This document shows positions 53,805 through 64,000 of a stretch of 64,000 nt of DNA, piece after piece. The DNA comes from an uncultured Acidobacteriota bacterium. Lineage in GTDB: Bacteria > Acidobacteriota > UBA6911. The notes under the pieces were generated by a model. It searched no databases. It was not told the DNA's origin and saw only the letters and a list, made by a program, of their open reading frames with translations. Position numbers and translations under genes: made by a program. Position 1 is the stretch's first letter. Every line of letters starts with the position of its first letter. The DNA lies in assembly GCA_963827655.1 (NCBI GenBank), contig CAWHCF010000035.1, positions 34,010-98,009 of the forward strand, read 5' to 3'.

Positions 53805-54779
53805 TCAGACGCGCGACCAGATCCGGGTCTCGAGCTCCAGCGTGTCGATCAGGCGCTCGGCCAGGCTCACGACCTCGGCCAGCTCGCCGCAGGCGATCTC
53901 GGCCGTGATCCTGGCGCCGAAGATCCCACCCATCTCGAACCGGTTCCTGCTCTGCGGGATTGTCACGAACACGGAGTTGTCGTGGAAGGAGAGCCGGAGG
54001 TGCGAGCCCAGCACCCGCTGCGCCTCGATGATCAGCTCCATCATCTTCGGCGTCAGGAGATACCGCGCCTCCTGCTGGTCCGTGCCGTAGACACTGTACA
54101 GCTTCTCGAAGTCGACGCTCTCCATCCGGCAGATGTCCTTCCTGCGCCGGCTCTTCGATTCACCGAAAAGCCCGCCGAGGATCTTGCTCTCGCTGTCGGG
54201 AACCACGACGGTGTGGCCGAGGAAGTTCTTGTTGAAGTCCAGCCGGACGATGCTGCCCTTGAAGATCACGACGGTACGGCGGTTCTTCCCCGACCCCTCG
54301 GTGGCCGTAGCCTTGGCCTCGAGAATCGAATACGTGACCGCGTTTTTCCTGCCGCACACCTCGTCCTCGGCGTGCCACTTCTCGACGGTCTTCTCGAAGA
54401 GGTCCATCTCGATGAAGTCCTGCTTCGTGAAACGGGACTCGGCGCTGTAGGTCATGCCCTGACCGAGCGCGGCCGCCACGCGCGTGACCAGGATGCGCTT
54501 ATAGGTCTTGTTAAGCCCGCGCCACTGGTGCGCGCCGAAGATCAGGACGATGAGGACGGCGCCGCCGATCGGAAAGCGTGCGTCGGTGTAGCCGCGATTC
54601 CACATCACGCTGTAGACGATGAGTGCGAGCGCCATGCACACGGCGCCGACCGTGAGGATTCGACGCCGGACCTTGGCGACTTCGGCGTTGATGTAGTCGC
54701 AGGCGATCTTGAGCTTCAACTGCGACTGCTTGTCGAGCTGGCTCAGACGCCCGGCGTTGGTGCTGAAGGTCGTGCTCAC
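53805..54779 (-). CDS. DUF3137 family membrane protein
   Basis: Two TM segments; VIFKG, MESVDFEKLYSVYGTDQQEARYLLTPKMME; coupled to lemA. Confidence 0.88.
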   Translation of the reverse strand: MSTTFSTNAGRLSQLDKQSQLKLKIACDYINAEVAKVRRRILTVGAVCMALALIVYSVMWNRGYTDARFPIGGAVLIVLIFGAHQWRGLNKTYKRILVTRVAAALGQGMTYSAESRFTKQDFIEMDLFEKTVEKWHAEDEVCGRKNAVTYSILEAKATATEGSGKNRRTVVIFKGSIVRLDFNKNFLGHTVVVPDSESKILGGLFGESKSRRRKDICRMESVDFEKLYSVYGTDQQEARYLLTPKMMELIIEAQRVLGSHLRLSFHDNSVFVTIPQSRNRFEMGGIFGARITAEIACGELAEVVSLAERLIDTLELETRIWSRV

Positions 54780-55336
54780 GTCCGGAACAGGCTCTTCATG
54801 TCGACGTCGCCGCGTTTCTGCTCGTCCGCGACGAACGTCTGACGCAGCCCGAAGCCGGTTCCGCCGGCGATGAGCGAGCTGGGGAAGGTCTGGACGGCGT
54901 TGTTGTAATCCGTGACGGCGGCGTTGTAGCTACGGCGCGCGGCCGCGAGCTGCTCCTCGACCTCGTTCAGCGACCGCTGGAGGTGCACGAAGTTCTCGCT
55001 CGACCGCAGCTGTGGGTAGTTCTCCATGGTCACGTTGAGCTGTCCCATGGCGCGCGTGAGCTGGTTGTCCGCCGCGATCTTCTCCGCCGGCGTCCGGCTC
55101 GAGAGCGCCTGCGACCGCAGCCGCACGATCTGCTCCAGCAGTGAGCGCTCGTGTCCCATGTACTGCTTCACTGTCTCGACAAGCTTGGGGATCAGGTCGT
55201 AGCGCTGGGTGAGCTGCACCTCGATAGTGCTGAACGCCTGGTCCACCATGTTCCGCCGTCGAATGAGCTTGTTGTAGACCACGACGCAGGCGATGACGAA
55301 GAGCAGCAGCACTCCTCCGAGCAGAAAGAGGCTCAT
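54776..55336 (-). CDS. lemA: LemA family protein
   Basis: IEVQLTQRYDLIPKLV, ENYPQL, ARRSYNAAV..YN...FPS. Confidence 0.95.
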   Translation of the reverse strand: MSLFLLGGVLLLFVIACVVVYNKLIRRRNMVDQAFSTIEVQLTQRYDLIPKLVETVKQYMGHERSLLEQIVRLRSQALSSRTPAEKIAADNQLTRAMGQLNVTMENYPQLRSSENFVHLQRSLNEVEEQLAAARRSYNAAVTDYNNAVQTFPSSLIAGGTGFGLRQTFVADEQKRGDVDMKSLFRT

Positions 55337-55428
55337 GGGTTCTCCTTTTAGGAATATGAATTTCTATCACGAATGAATCGGCGGAGCGAGCAAATTGTCC
55401 CGGTGGTCAGGGTCGATCGGTCCACTTT

Positions 55429-55476
55429 CCTCTTGCTTACCGAGTGGAACGGGTGTACCTTCCTCTCGGTAACCGA
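55429..55476. promoter_or_regulatory. Possible PadR operator sites
   Basis: Two similar motifs CCTCTTGCTTACCGA and CCTCTCGGTAACCGA (the second contains palindrome TCGGT-A-ACCGA) just upstream of the PadR gene. Confidence 0.4.
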
Positions 55477-55488
55477 TTGGAGACTACG

Positions 55489-55824
55489 GTGAGCAAACCT
55501 TCTGACCTGGTCCAGGGCACCTTGGACCTGTTGCTACTGAAGATTCTGGCGCTGGAGCCGCTCAATGGCTGGGCAATCAGCCAGCGCCTGAAGCAAGTGT
55601 CCGGAGACGTCCTGCAAGTCAGTGACGGATCGCTCTACCCAGCCCTCCACAAGCTGGAGCAAGAGGGCTGGATCACTGCCGAGTGGAAGGCGAGCGAGAA
55701 CAACCGCCGCGCCAAATTTTATTCGCTGACGCGGCTCGGCCGGAGGCAGCTCGAGAAAGAAGCTGCCAATTGGCAGCGCCTCTCCTCCGCCATCTCGCAT
55801 GTGGTGCAACTCGAGGAGGTCTAG
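55489..55824 (+). CDS. PadR family transcriptional regulator (acidobacterial type)
   Basis: QGTLDLLLLK, GSLYPALHKLE, SENNRRAKFYSLT. Confidence 0.95.
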   Translation: MSKPSDLVQGTLDLLLLKILALEPLNGWAISQRLKQVSGDVLQVSDGSLYPALHKLEQEGWITAEWKASENNRRAKFYSLTRLGRRQLEKEAANWQRLSSAISHVVQLEEV

Positions 55825-55847
55825 GTGGGTGGAGGAGTCGCTTAGCC

Positions 55848-58644
55848 ATGCGCCCCGAACGCTGGTTCTACACGGCGCCGCTGCGGTTTAAGTCGCTGTT
55901 CCGTCGCGGGCGAGTCGAGCAAGAGCTTGACGAGGAGTTGCGGTATCACGTCGAGCGGCAGATCCAGGAATATATCGCCAAAGGCCTGACGCCGGAGGAG
56001 GCGCGCCACGCCGCCCTGCGCGCCCTGGGAGGTCTGGAGCAGCGCAAGGAGGAGTGCCGCGACATGCGACGCGTGGGTTTCATCGAAGACCTGGTGCAGG
56101 ATCTCCGCTACGGCTTTCGTCAGCTGCGCCGCAGTCCGGGCTTCACGGCGGTAGCGGTACTCTCGTTGGCGCTCGGCATCGGTGCCAACACGGCCATCTT
56201 CAGCGTGATCGATGCGTTCTTGCTGAGAGCGCTTCCAGTTCAGAATCCGGAGCAACTGGTCTTGTTCAAGAGGACCTACCAGGGCGACGGCCTTGCTCCC
56301 TATGGTTTCGATTTCTCGTGGTTCGAGGCGTACCGGGGACTCCACGACGCATTCTCCGGCGTGGCGGCGATCTATCCAGTCGAGCGAGCCGACGTCACGG
56401 GTAATTTGGGACCGGGTCCAGACCGAATCGGCGACCCGGACCCACAGCTTCAGGTAAGAGTGGTCACGGGGAACTACTTCTCGGTGATGGGTGTCGGCGC
56501 GCATGCCGGCAGAACCTTCACCGAAGAAGATGATCGTGTGCCCGGGGGCCACCCGGTGGCGGTGATCAGCTACAGCTACTGGGAACGCCGATTTGGGCGT
56601 TCTTCTCAGCGCGCGTCCGACATCGTCGGTCGCACGCTTTCATTGAATGGCACGGCATACACCATTCTGGGCGTGACTCCGCGCGGCTTCTTCGGCGACT
56701 GGACCGGAAGGCCCGCCGACGTGTGGGTTCCAGTGGCGATGATCGCCCAGGTGTTGACAGAGTTGCCGCCTGGACTCCGCCCGCGCGGCGGCGGCATGGG
56801 CTATTACGTTCTTGCGCGCCTCAAGCCGGGCGTGTCGATCCGCCAGGCCCAGAACCCCGGACAGGTGCTCTACCAGCAGATCCTGCGAGAAAAGAGGGCT
56901 GGACCGAATCCCACGCGGCAGGTCAGCCAACGGATCGAACGCGCGCGTTTCGAGCTTGTGCCGGCGTCGGCGGGGTTTTCCCCGCAGCGTGAGTCCTACG
57001 GTCAGCCCCTGGCGATTCTCTCATTTGTGGTCGGCCTCGTTCTGTTGATCGCATGCGCTAACGTGGCAACCCTGCTGCTGGCCCGATCGGCTGCCCGTCA
57101 GAGAGAGATGGCGGTGAGACTGGCCATCGGCGCGGCGCGAGGGCGGATCCTGCGGCAACTGCTCACCGAAAGCGTCCTGCTGGCCAGCATGGGGGGCTGG
57201 CTGGGGCTGCTGTTCGCCCAGTGGGGAACCAGCATTTTGGCCAGGTACGCCAGCTCTGGCCTCGCCTGGCGCACCGACCAGCGTCTGATTCTCGATCTGC
57301 AGCCGGACGTGCGAGTCTTTGCGTTTACGGCGGCGCTGTGCCTCGTTACGGGGATCCTGTTCGGGCTGGCGCCCGCGCTTCAGGGCGCATCATTCAGTGG
57401 CCGTGCGCCTTCGCTTGCGCCGGTTTTGATCCCACGCGAGGACAGCACCTCGGGCAGGTTCCGTCTAGGCAAGCTGCTGGTGGCTGGGCAGGTCATGCTC
57501 TCGCTGCTGCTCCTCATCGGCGCCGGACTGTTTGTGCAAACCTTGCGCAACCTGAGGTCGCAAGACCTGGGCCTCGATCGTGAGCACGTGCTCCTTGTCT
57601 GGACCGCGATCCGCCAGAGTAACCGCCAAATCGGCGCTCAAGTTGCGGCCCTGTTCGAGACGGCCCAGCAACGCGTCTCCTCGCTTCCCGGAGTGGTTAG
57701 CGCCAGCGTGTCCGTGCGCGGCGTGCTCCATGACAGCCCCTCTTTCCCTTATCCAGTCAGAGTCCAGGGCGAGGCGCTTGACGCCGGCGAAACCGCGATG
57801 GCTCAAACCGACGTTATCATGCCGGGGTTCTTCGAGACTCTGGGAATGCGGCTGCTGCAGGGTCGCGATTTCTCCAGCAGGGACTCAGAGACCGCGCCGC
57901 GCATCGTCATCATCAACGATGCCCTCGCCCGCCGTTTCTTCGTTGATCAAAGCCCGATCGGAAAGCGCATCGGCTTCGGCTACGGAAGCAAGGGGAACGA
58001 GCTTGAAATCGTAGGTGTGGTGAACAACGCAATCCATATCACGCCGCGCGATCCAAATCGGATGATGTTCTACATTCCGTACCGCCAGGACCTGCAGCAT
58101 CTGTCGAGCATGTGCCTGGCGGTACGGAGCATCAGGCAGCCCAAGGGCCCTCGCGAGCACGGTGCGCGAGGAGCTTCGGAAGGTTGCACCGAACCTGCCG
58201 GTGCTCCGCGTCAACAGCATTGAGGATCAACTCGATGACGTGCTGGTACAGGAGCGTCTAATTGCCACTCTTTCCGGCTTCTTTGGTGTACTGGCAGCTC
58301 TCCTGGCGTCTCTGGGCCTGTATGGCGTGATGTCCTACACCGCGGCTCGTCGGACGCGGGAGATCGGAGTACGTCTGGCACTCGGCGCTACGCGCACCGG
58401 CGTGCAGAGGATGGTCCTTAAGGAAAGTCTGCTGCTGGTCATGGCAGGCCTCGCCATCGGAGTGCCGGTGACACTGGCGGCCGCGCGCCTGGTCTCGGCC
58501 AGGCTTTTCGGCGTTAGCGCCGCTGACCCGCTCACAATTGCCGGCGCCTCGGTGCTGATGATCGCAGTGGCCGGGCTGGCGGGGTACCTTCCGGCGCGAC
58601 GCGCGTCGAAAGTGGATCCGATGGTGGCCTTGCGCCACGAATGA
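55848..58644 (+). CDS. ADOP-type duplicated ABC (MacB/FtsX-like) permease; frameshift ~58135
   Basis: LALGIGANTAIFS, LLIACANVA, REMAVRLAIGA, REIGVRLALGA, PARRASKVDPMVALRHE. Confidence 0.93.
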
Positions 58645-58711
58645 TGGGGTCCGATCTTGAATATTTATTTGCCCGGCTAAGGCCTGGAGGGCGGACGCGA
58701 GCTGAACGGCG

Positions 58712-58801
58712 GGGGTTGACCGACGAGAGCTTTAAGAAACTGTGGATGAGTAGACCACCGCCAATGAGTAACATCATCGCCATTGCGATCTCGGCGATCA
58801 C
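58712..58801 (-). pseudogene. Remnant of another ADOP permease
   Basis: IAEIAMAMMLLIGGGLLIHSFLKLSSVNP, isolated. Confidence 0.65.
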
Positions 58802-58850
58802 AAGACGGGGCGTTCAAGGGCCCGGATCATCGCATCACGGGCCCCGCTCG

Positions 58851-61800
58851 TTATTGGGGTAGCCCGCGACACTGTTCCTGGTAAGGGACGTTCTTCCCGA
58901 CATACGTGTCCCATTCGCTCCGGCTCAGGTTGCGGGTAAGCTTTGCGCAGAGCTTGCGCAGCCACGATTCTGGATCCACGTCCCAGAAAAACAGGTCGCC
59001 ATTGTCATCGCCCGATACCAACGTCCGGCCATCGGGACTGAAGGCCAATACCAGCACCTCATCCGTATGGCCGCGCAAGGGGTCGAGTGGTAAGCGCGTT
59101 TCGACATCCCAAAGGATGAGAGTCTTATCGCCTGCCCCAGAGGCAAGCATTCTCCCGTCCCGACTGAATGACAAGCTCGTAACGCCGTTCGAAAACTGGT
59201 CTGGCGATGCCCGCGCAGAGGCTCTCCAAGCGGTCGGCGGGTGCCGACGTCCCACAGCACAATGGTACCGTCGTCGCTAGCCGACGCGAGAATCCTGCCG
59301 GGAGAATCGAATGCCACTGAGTTAACACTGCGGTCGTGCCTGCGCGGCGTCTCTCCGATTCTCTTAAGTCCGGGTGCCGCCCAGAACCTCACGATCAGGT
59401 CATCGCCCGCGGAGGCGACCGACGTCCCGTCGGGGCTGAAGGCGATGGTCCGGACCGGTCCGTCGTGACCGGACGCCGGGTCGCCCGGGTGCGGCTGGAG
59501 CGTCCCTGGGTTCCACGACCTCAGCTTATGGTCCTCGCCGCCGGACACGAGAGTCTTTCCGTCGGGACTGAATGCCACGGTCAGTGTTCCACCCTCGTGC
59601 GCCATCGGCGATTCGCGCAGGACGGTGAGCGTGGCGCCGTCCGACAGTTTCAACGCGCCGCTCTTACGACCCGAGGCGATCAGCTTCCCGTCAGGACTGA
59701 AAGCGACGCTCAACACCTCGTCTTGCTTACCGTCGGTTGCGTCAGTCGGGAGTGGTTTGCGAGTCGCCACATCCCAGATTTTCAGCGTTCCGTCCGCGCT
59801 GCCGGAGACTATGGTCTTGCCGTCGGGCCGGAAAGCCAGACTCCGGAGGGCTTCCGGGTGCGCGTCCACACGGTGACCCAAAAAGCCGGCGCGTCGACAT
59901 CCCACAGAATGAGCGAATTGTCGTAGCTCGCCGAGACGAACGATTTTCCGTCGCGACTGAACATGACGCTCCGCACCTCGTTCTTATGCGCTCGCAGTAC
60001 CTGTCTCCGACGCGTTTGTGCGATTCCGGATCCCAGACGACGATCGTACCGTCCTTGCTCGCGGAGACCAGCTTTGCTGCCGTCATTGCTGAACGCCAGG
60101 TCGTAGACCCAATCCTGGTGCTCGCGCGCCTTCGCCGCCGCGCGAAACTTGCCGTCCCCGTCCCGGTCCCAGAAGGCGACGGTCCCGTCGCTGTGCCCTG
60201 AAACCATGTGCTCGCCTTTTGGGCTGAACGCCACGGCGAACGCACCACCTTTCGTGATTTATCTCCAAGTCGTCGTCGACTTTTTGCCGGTCGCTTCGGT
60301 TCCACAGGAAGAGCGCGCCGTTACCATGCGCGGTTGCGAGCCAGCTTGCCGTCGGGGCTGAATGCAACCGCGTTGACCCCGCTTTCGCCCGTGCGGAGCG
60401 GCGGGCCGTCCGGCTTCTTCGTTGCGGGATTCCAGAAGACCAGAGTTTCATCGTCGCTCGCCGACACCAGGGTCGTGCCGTCAGGGCTGAACACGATCCG
60501 GTTCACCCACTTCTCATGATGTTTCTCGGGGCCCGATAGCAGTTTGCCCGATGCGGCGTCCCAGAACACGACGGCTCCGCTGTCGTCTCCCGAAACGATC
60601 ATGGCGCCATCGGGACTGAACGTCACTGGCCAAGCGCGGGCGTCGTGGCCGCCTTCCAGCTTGCGCAGCTGCCGGCCCGTCTCCACGTCCCATTGGATCA
60701 GCATCCCATTGTCGCCCGCCGAGACGATAGTCTTTCCGTCGGGGCTAAACGCCACGCTATTCGGCGCCGTCGGCGAAGCGAGAATCTTGCGGACCTGAGC
60801 GAGACGGCTAATGGACACTAGCAGACCACGGCGCGCCTCGACGCTGGGCTGGAGTCGATAGCCGGCGATGGCAAGAAGGGCTGCGGTATCGAGCGGAACG
60901 TTCACCCTCGGGTCAGCGAAAAGGATGCTCTGCGCGGCCACCTTGCCTACGAGAGCGAGGCCAGCCTGTTTGGCCGCCTCGGCGGCTGCGGCTGTGGCTT
61001 TGGCCTTGGCATTCTCGGCGGTCGTGCGGAGCTCCTTCTCTTCCTCTGCTTTCGTCTCAGCCTTCCTCTAAGGCCTTGGCTTTCTCCTCCGCTTGGAGCC
61101 CGGTCTGTAGAGCTTACTGATTTCCGTTCCGCAGTGAGCCCGCGTTCGCGCGCTGCCCGGGCGTCCAGCCACATGTAGATCGCGATGACGGCGAAGGCAA
61201 TGCAGACCATCGCTGCACCGGTGACGAGTCGGCGTCCGCGCGCGCTGCCGGCGCGCCTCCCATTCGACGCGCTCGCGCTCTTGCTGCTGCCGGGCCTCTT
61301 CCTCGCGCTCGTGCGCGTGCTCCGCCGCCCGCCGGCGGTCGCGGTGCTCGCGCACGGCGCGGGTCAGCAAGTCGTGGGTCAGCTCAATCCGCTCCGCCCC
61401 GTAGCGTTCTTCGACGCGAAGCAGCCGGCGCTGGATGAGGAGGTTGAGCTGATCCTGTGTGAGCCAACCGGGGACGGCGTCCTCTTTCGCGTAGCTGTTG
61501 CGGAACCCCTTCTCGGTGATGAGATCGGTTTCAATGAAGCGGCGCGCCGCGTCGGGTAGGCTCTCGACACACGAAGCATAGTAGTCCGAGATGATGCTCT
61601 GGCCAGCGCCGACCAGGAGCGCGGCGTCAAAGTTCGGCTTGCCCTGGCGCTTGCGCTGCTCGTTGAGACCCCGGCAGAAGAGGCTGAGCAGGGCGGGCTC
61701 GATCTCGCCGCTCGACGCAATGTCGGCTGGCCCGGGATCGGCGCCCGTCATCTGCGCCGCCGCGACGAACGCGACGACCTGCCGCGCGGTCGCCTCGTCC

Positions 61801-62574
61801 ATGAGGTGCGGGGCTGTGTCGTAAACGGCGGACAGCGCCTGCTCGGGCCGCATCGGCAGCAAGCGTACCCGCACGCGGCCAAGCGACGGGATCTCCCGCC
61901 GCCACGCCTCCAGGTCGGGCAGGAAGTCCTCGCGCAGACTCACGATGATCTTGTAAGGCATCGCGCGCAGGTCGAGCCGTTCGACTTCGGCAGCCTTGGC
62001 TTCAAGGAGCGCAGCGACCGCGGTGGGAATGCGGTTCTCGATGAGGTCGCCGAAGTCGATCCGGAACCGGTCGACGGCCTCCGGCACGCGCTCGCCGAGC
62101 GTGAACTGCTCCTCGAACTGGTCGACCACCAGGACCGGGGTCAGCTGGTAGTTCTCGGCTGTTCCACAGCTCGAGACCGGAACGATGGAGGTACTCCCAG
62201 AGCGTCTCGCCGTCCGTAAACGCGGGCGCATCCACGCGTTCGCTCTCGCAGGTCGTCCGCAGCACATCGCGCAACTGCTCGGCGAGCGGGGGCGCGTCGC
62301 GGCGGATGTCGAGGCGCACGTAGACGGGAAGGAAGTGCTTCTCGCGCAGGCGTGGGAACAGGCCGGCCTTCAGGAGCGAAGTCTTGCCGAGCCCCGACTT
62401 GCCGAAGAGCACGGTGAGAGGTGCGCCGGCCACTCGTCGGACGAGGTCCTCGGCCTCGGCGTCGCGACCGTGGAAATAGTCGCGCGCGTTTTCTTCGAAG
62501 GCCTGGAGCCCCGGCCAGGGGTTGTCCGGGTCGAGCTGGCGTTCGACCGGCGGGGCCGTGAGCGTCTCGTTCAC
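58851..62574 (-). CDS. nSTAND1-like NTPase - TM - coiled coil - WD40 protein; many frameshifts
   Basis: NPWPGLQAF..FHGRD, Walker A GKSGLGKTS, Walker B LVVDQFEE, ELTHD, TM VCIAFAVIAIYMW, WD40 repeats, C-terminal LC..LTRNLS..EW. Confidence 0.85.
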
Positions 62575-63956
62575 CGGGCCTCCCGCCGGCGCGCCGCGCG
62601 GACCACGCGGTCCGCGTCGGACGAGGTGAGCCGACCGTCCGGGGCGCCGACGAAGTTGAAGTCCCGGAACATGCGGTACGCCACGTCGTAGCCCGCGGGG
62701 TTGCCGTCGAAATCGCCGTCGATCACGACCGGCACGATGAAGTCTCCCCGCGCGAAGCCCTTGTTGCGCTCGATGGCCTCGCGCCACTCCTTGAACACCT
62801 CGCCGACCTCTCGGACTTCGGTATTCCGCGAGATGACCGGCAGGAAAAGGCGGACCTGGTCGCGGATGGTCGAGAGGATCTCCTCCTGCCAGCGGACCCC
62901 GGGATTGAGGCGCCGTCTGTCGAGCCAGACGTTCCCATGCGCCGCCCTGATCGAGTCGGCGAGGCGGTCGACGGCGTCGGCATCCTCGCGCGCGTAGCTG
63001 ATGAAGATGGTTTCCTCGGCCGGGCCGGTGGGCACCGACTCGGCCGCCTGGCGTGCGGCCTCCGCCTTCGGCGGCGGGGCGCGCTTGGCCCACCGCGCGT
63101 GCAACTCCGCGACGAACTCGGCCGGGTCGGCCTCGAGGACCTGGACCAACGACTCGCCGCAGAAGGTGGAGAAGAACTCGACGAGACGCGGGCTGCGGCC
63201 CAGGTCCTGGCTCACGATGAAGAACTGCTTGGTCGTGCGCGACAGGCGGTTGTCGCTTGCCAGCCGCGTGAGCACGCGCCCGACCCAGTCCGACATCGGG
63301 ACACCGATGAAGAGCAGCGCGTCACCGCGGATCCGCTGGTTCAGCCACTCGGGCAGTCGCGCCGACTCCGTGAGCAGGGCGTGCAGCCACTCAAGCACGT
63401 CCTCCTCGTGCACGGCGTACTGGGGCGTGGACGAGGCTTCGCCGAACAGCTGGAACACGACGACCTCGTCAGGTGCGGGCCGGCTGGCGTTGCGTTGCTG
63501 GTCGCCGGTCGACTGGTTGGGGGAGAACCAGAGCTCGCGAGTGCGCGCGGCGCCGGCGAACCGGACGGCGTTGACGGCGGCGGCGAGCACGTGGTCGAAG
63601 GTCGTGCTTACGAACACCGACAGGTCGCTGATCTGCGCGAGCTGCCGGAGCGACTCCGGCGGCTGTGGGTTCAGGTCCGACAGGAGGTCGGCGATGCGCC
63701 CGTAGAGCCGGCGGTCGGCGTTGTCCCTACCGTGCTTAGCGACGTACGCACGTGCGGCGTCTTCGAGACTGGCCTGTGGCGTCCACTCGACTTTCAGGTC
63801 GTAGCGCTCGGCGAGCCGCTCACCGAGCAGCCGGTAGAGCGGCGCGCAGCGATCGCCGTCCTTGACGGTCACGAGCTCCGAGCCTACCACCGGAAGCAGC
63901 GTGCCCGACTTCAGGTGGCTGAACAGATCGTCCCAGAAATCCTCGCTCGCTTTCAT
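62571..63956 (-). CDS. SIR2-like domain plus C-terminal TIR domain protein
   Basis: LLPVVGSEL, FVSTTFD, VFQLFG, LLFIG (SIR2-like); IFISYARED, VWLD, FLPVIS, KEWREA (TIR); GTGA overlap with the NTPase gene. Confidence 0.85.
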   Translation of the reverse strand: MKASEDFWDDLFSHLKSGTLLPVVGSELVTVKDGDRCAPLYRLLGERLAERYDLKVEWTPQASLEDAARAYVAKHGRDNADRRLYGRIADLLSDLNPQPPESLRQLAQISDLSVFVSTTFDHVLAAAVNAVRFAGAARTRELWFSPNQSTGDQQRNASRPAPDEVVVFQLFGEASSTPQYAVHEEDVLEWLHALLTESARLPEWLNQRIRGDALLFIGVPMSDWVGRVLTRLASDNRLSRTTKQFFIVSQDLGRSPRLVEFFSTFCGESLVQVLEADPAEFVAELHARWAKRAPPPKAEAARQAAESVPTGPAEETIFISYAREDADAVDRLADSIRAAHGNVWLDRRRLNPGVRWQEEILSTIRDQVRLFLPVISRNTEVREVGEVFKEWREAIERNKGFARGDFIVPVVIDGDFDGNPAGYDVAYRMFRDFNFVGAPDGRLTSSDADRVVRAARRREAR

Positions 63957-64000
63957 GTCTGATTGCCTCCAGATCGCGCGGTCAAGAACCCGAGTCTGTC

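Overview
GC-rich bacterial window whose gene content (Oar-like TonB receptor, CRTAC1/ASPIC-UnbV, PadR-ADOP permease pair, ECF sigma/Ser-Thr kinase pairs) points to an Acidobacteriota genome (inference). Many long genes are split by 1-bp frameshifts, most likely long-read indel errors, so I joined ORF pieces by eye and some boundaries are approximate. No rRNA, tRNA or CRISPR array seen. Most interesting signals: (1) an exported beta-barrel-like protein with an in-frame UGA just after its signal peptide and a SECIS-like hairpin downstream (candidate selenoprotein, 17658-18743); (2) a signal-peptide-bearing dikinase with glucan-water-dikinase-like domain order, next to a divergent L,D-transpeptidase-like protein (2902-7674); (3) a RAYT-type HUH transposase bounded by perfect 25-bp inverted repeats (7638-8853); (4) a degenerate-SIR2/TIR gene coupled to a STAND NTPase-WD40 gene, plus a separate TIR-TM-WD40 protein; (5) two unrelated secreted propellers sharing a ~95-aa C-terminal module; (6) two MITEs and nested REP-like palindromes.
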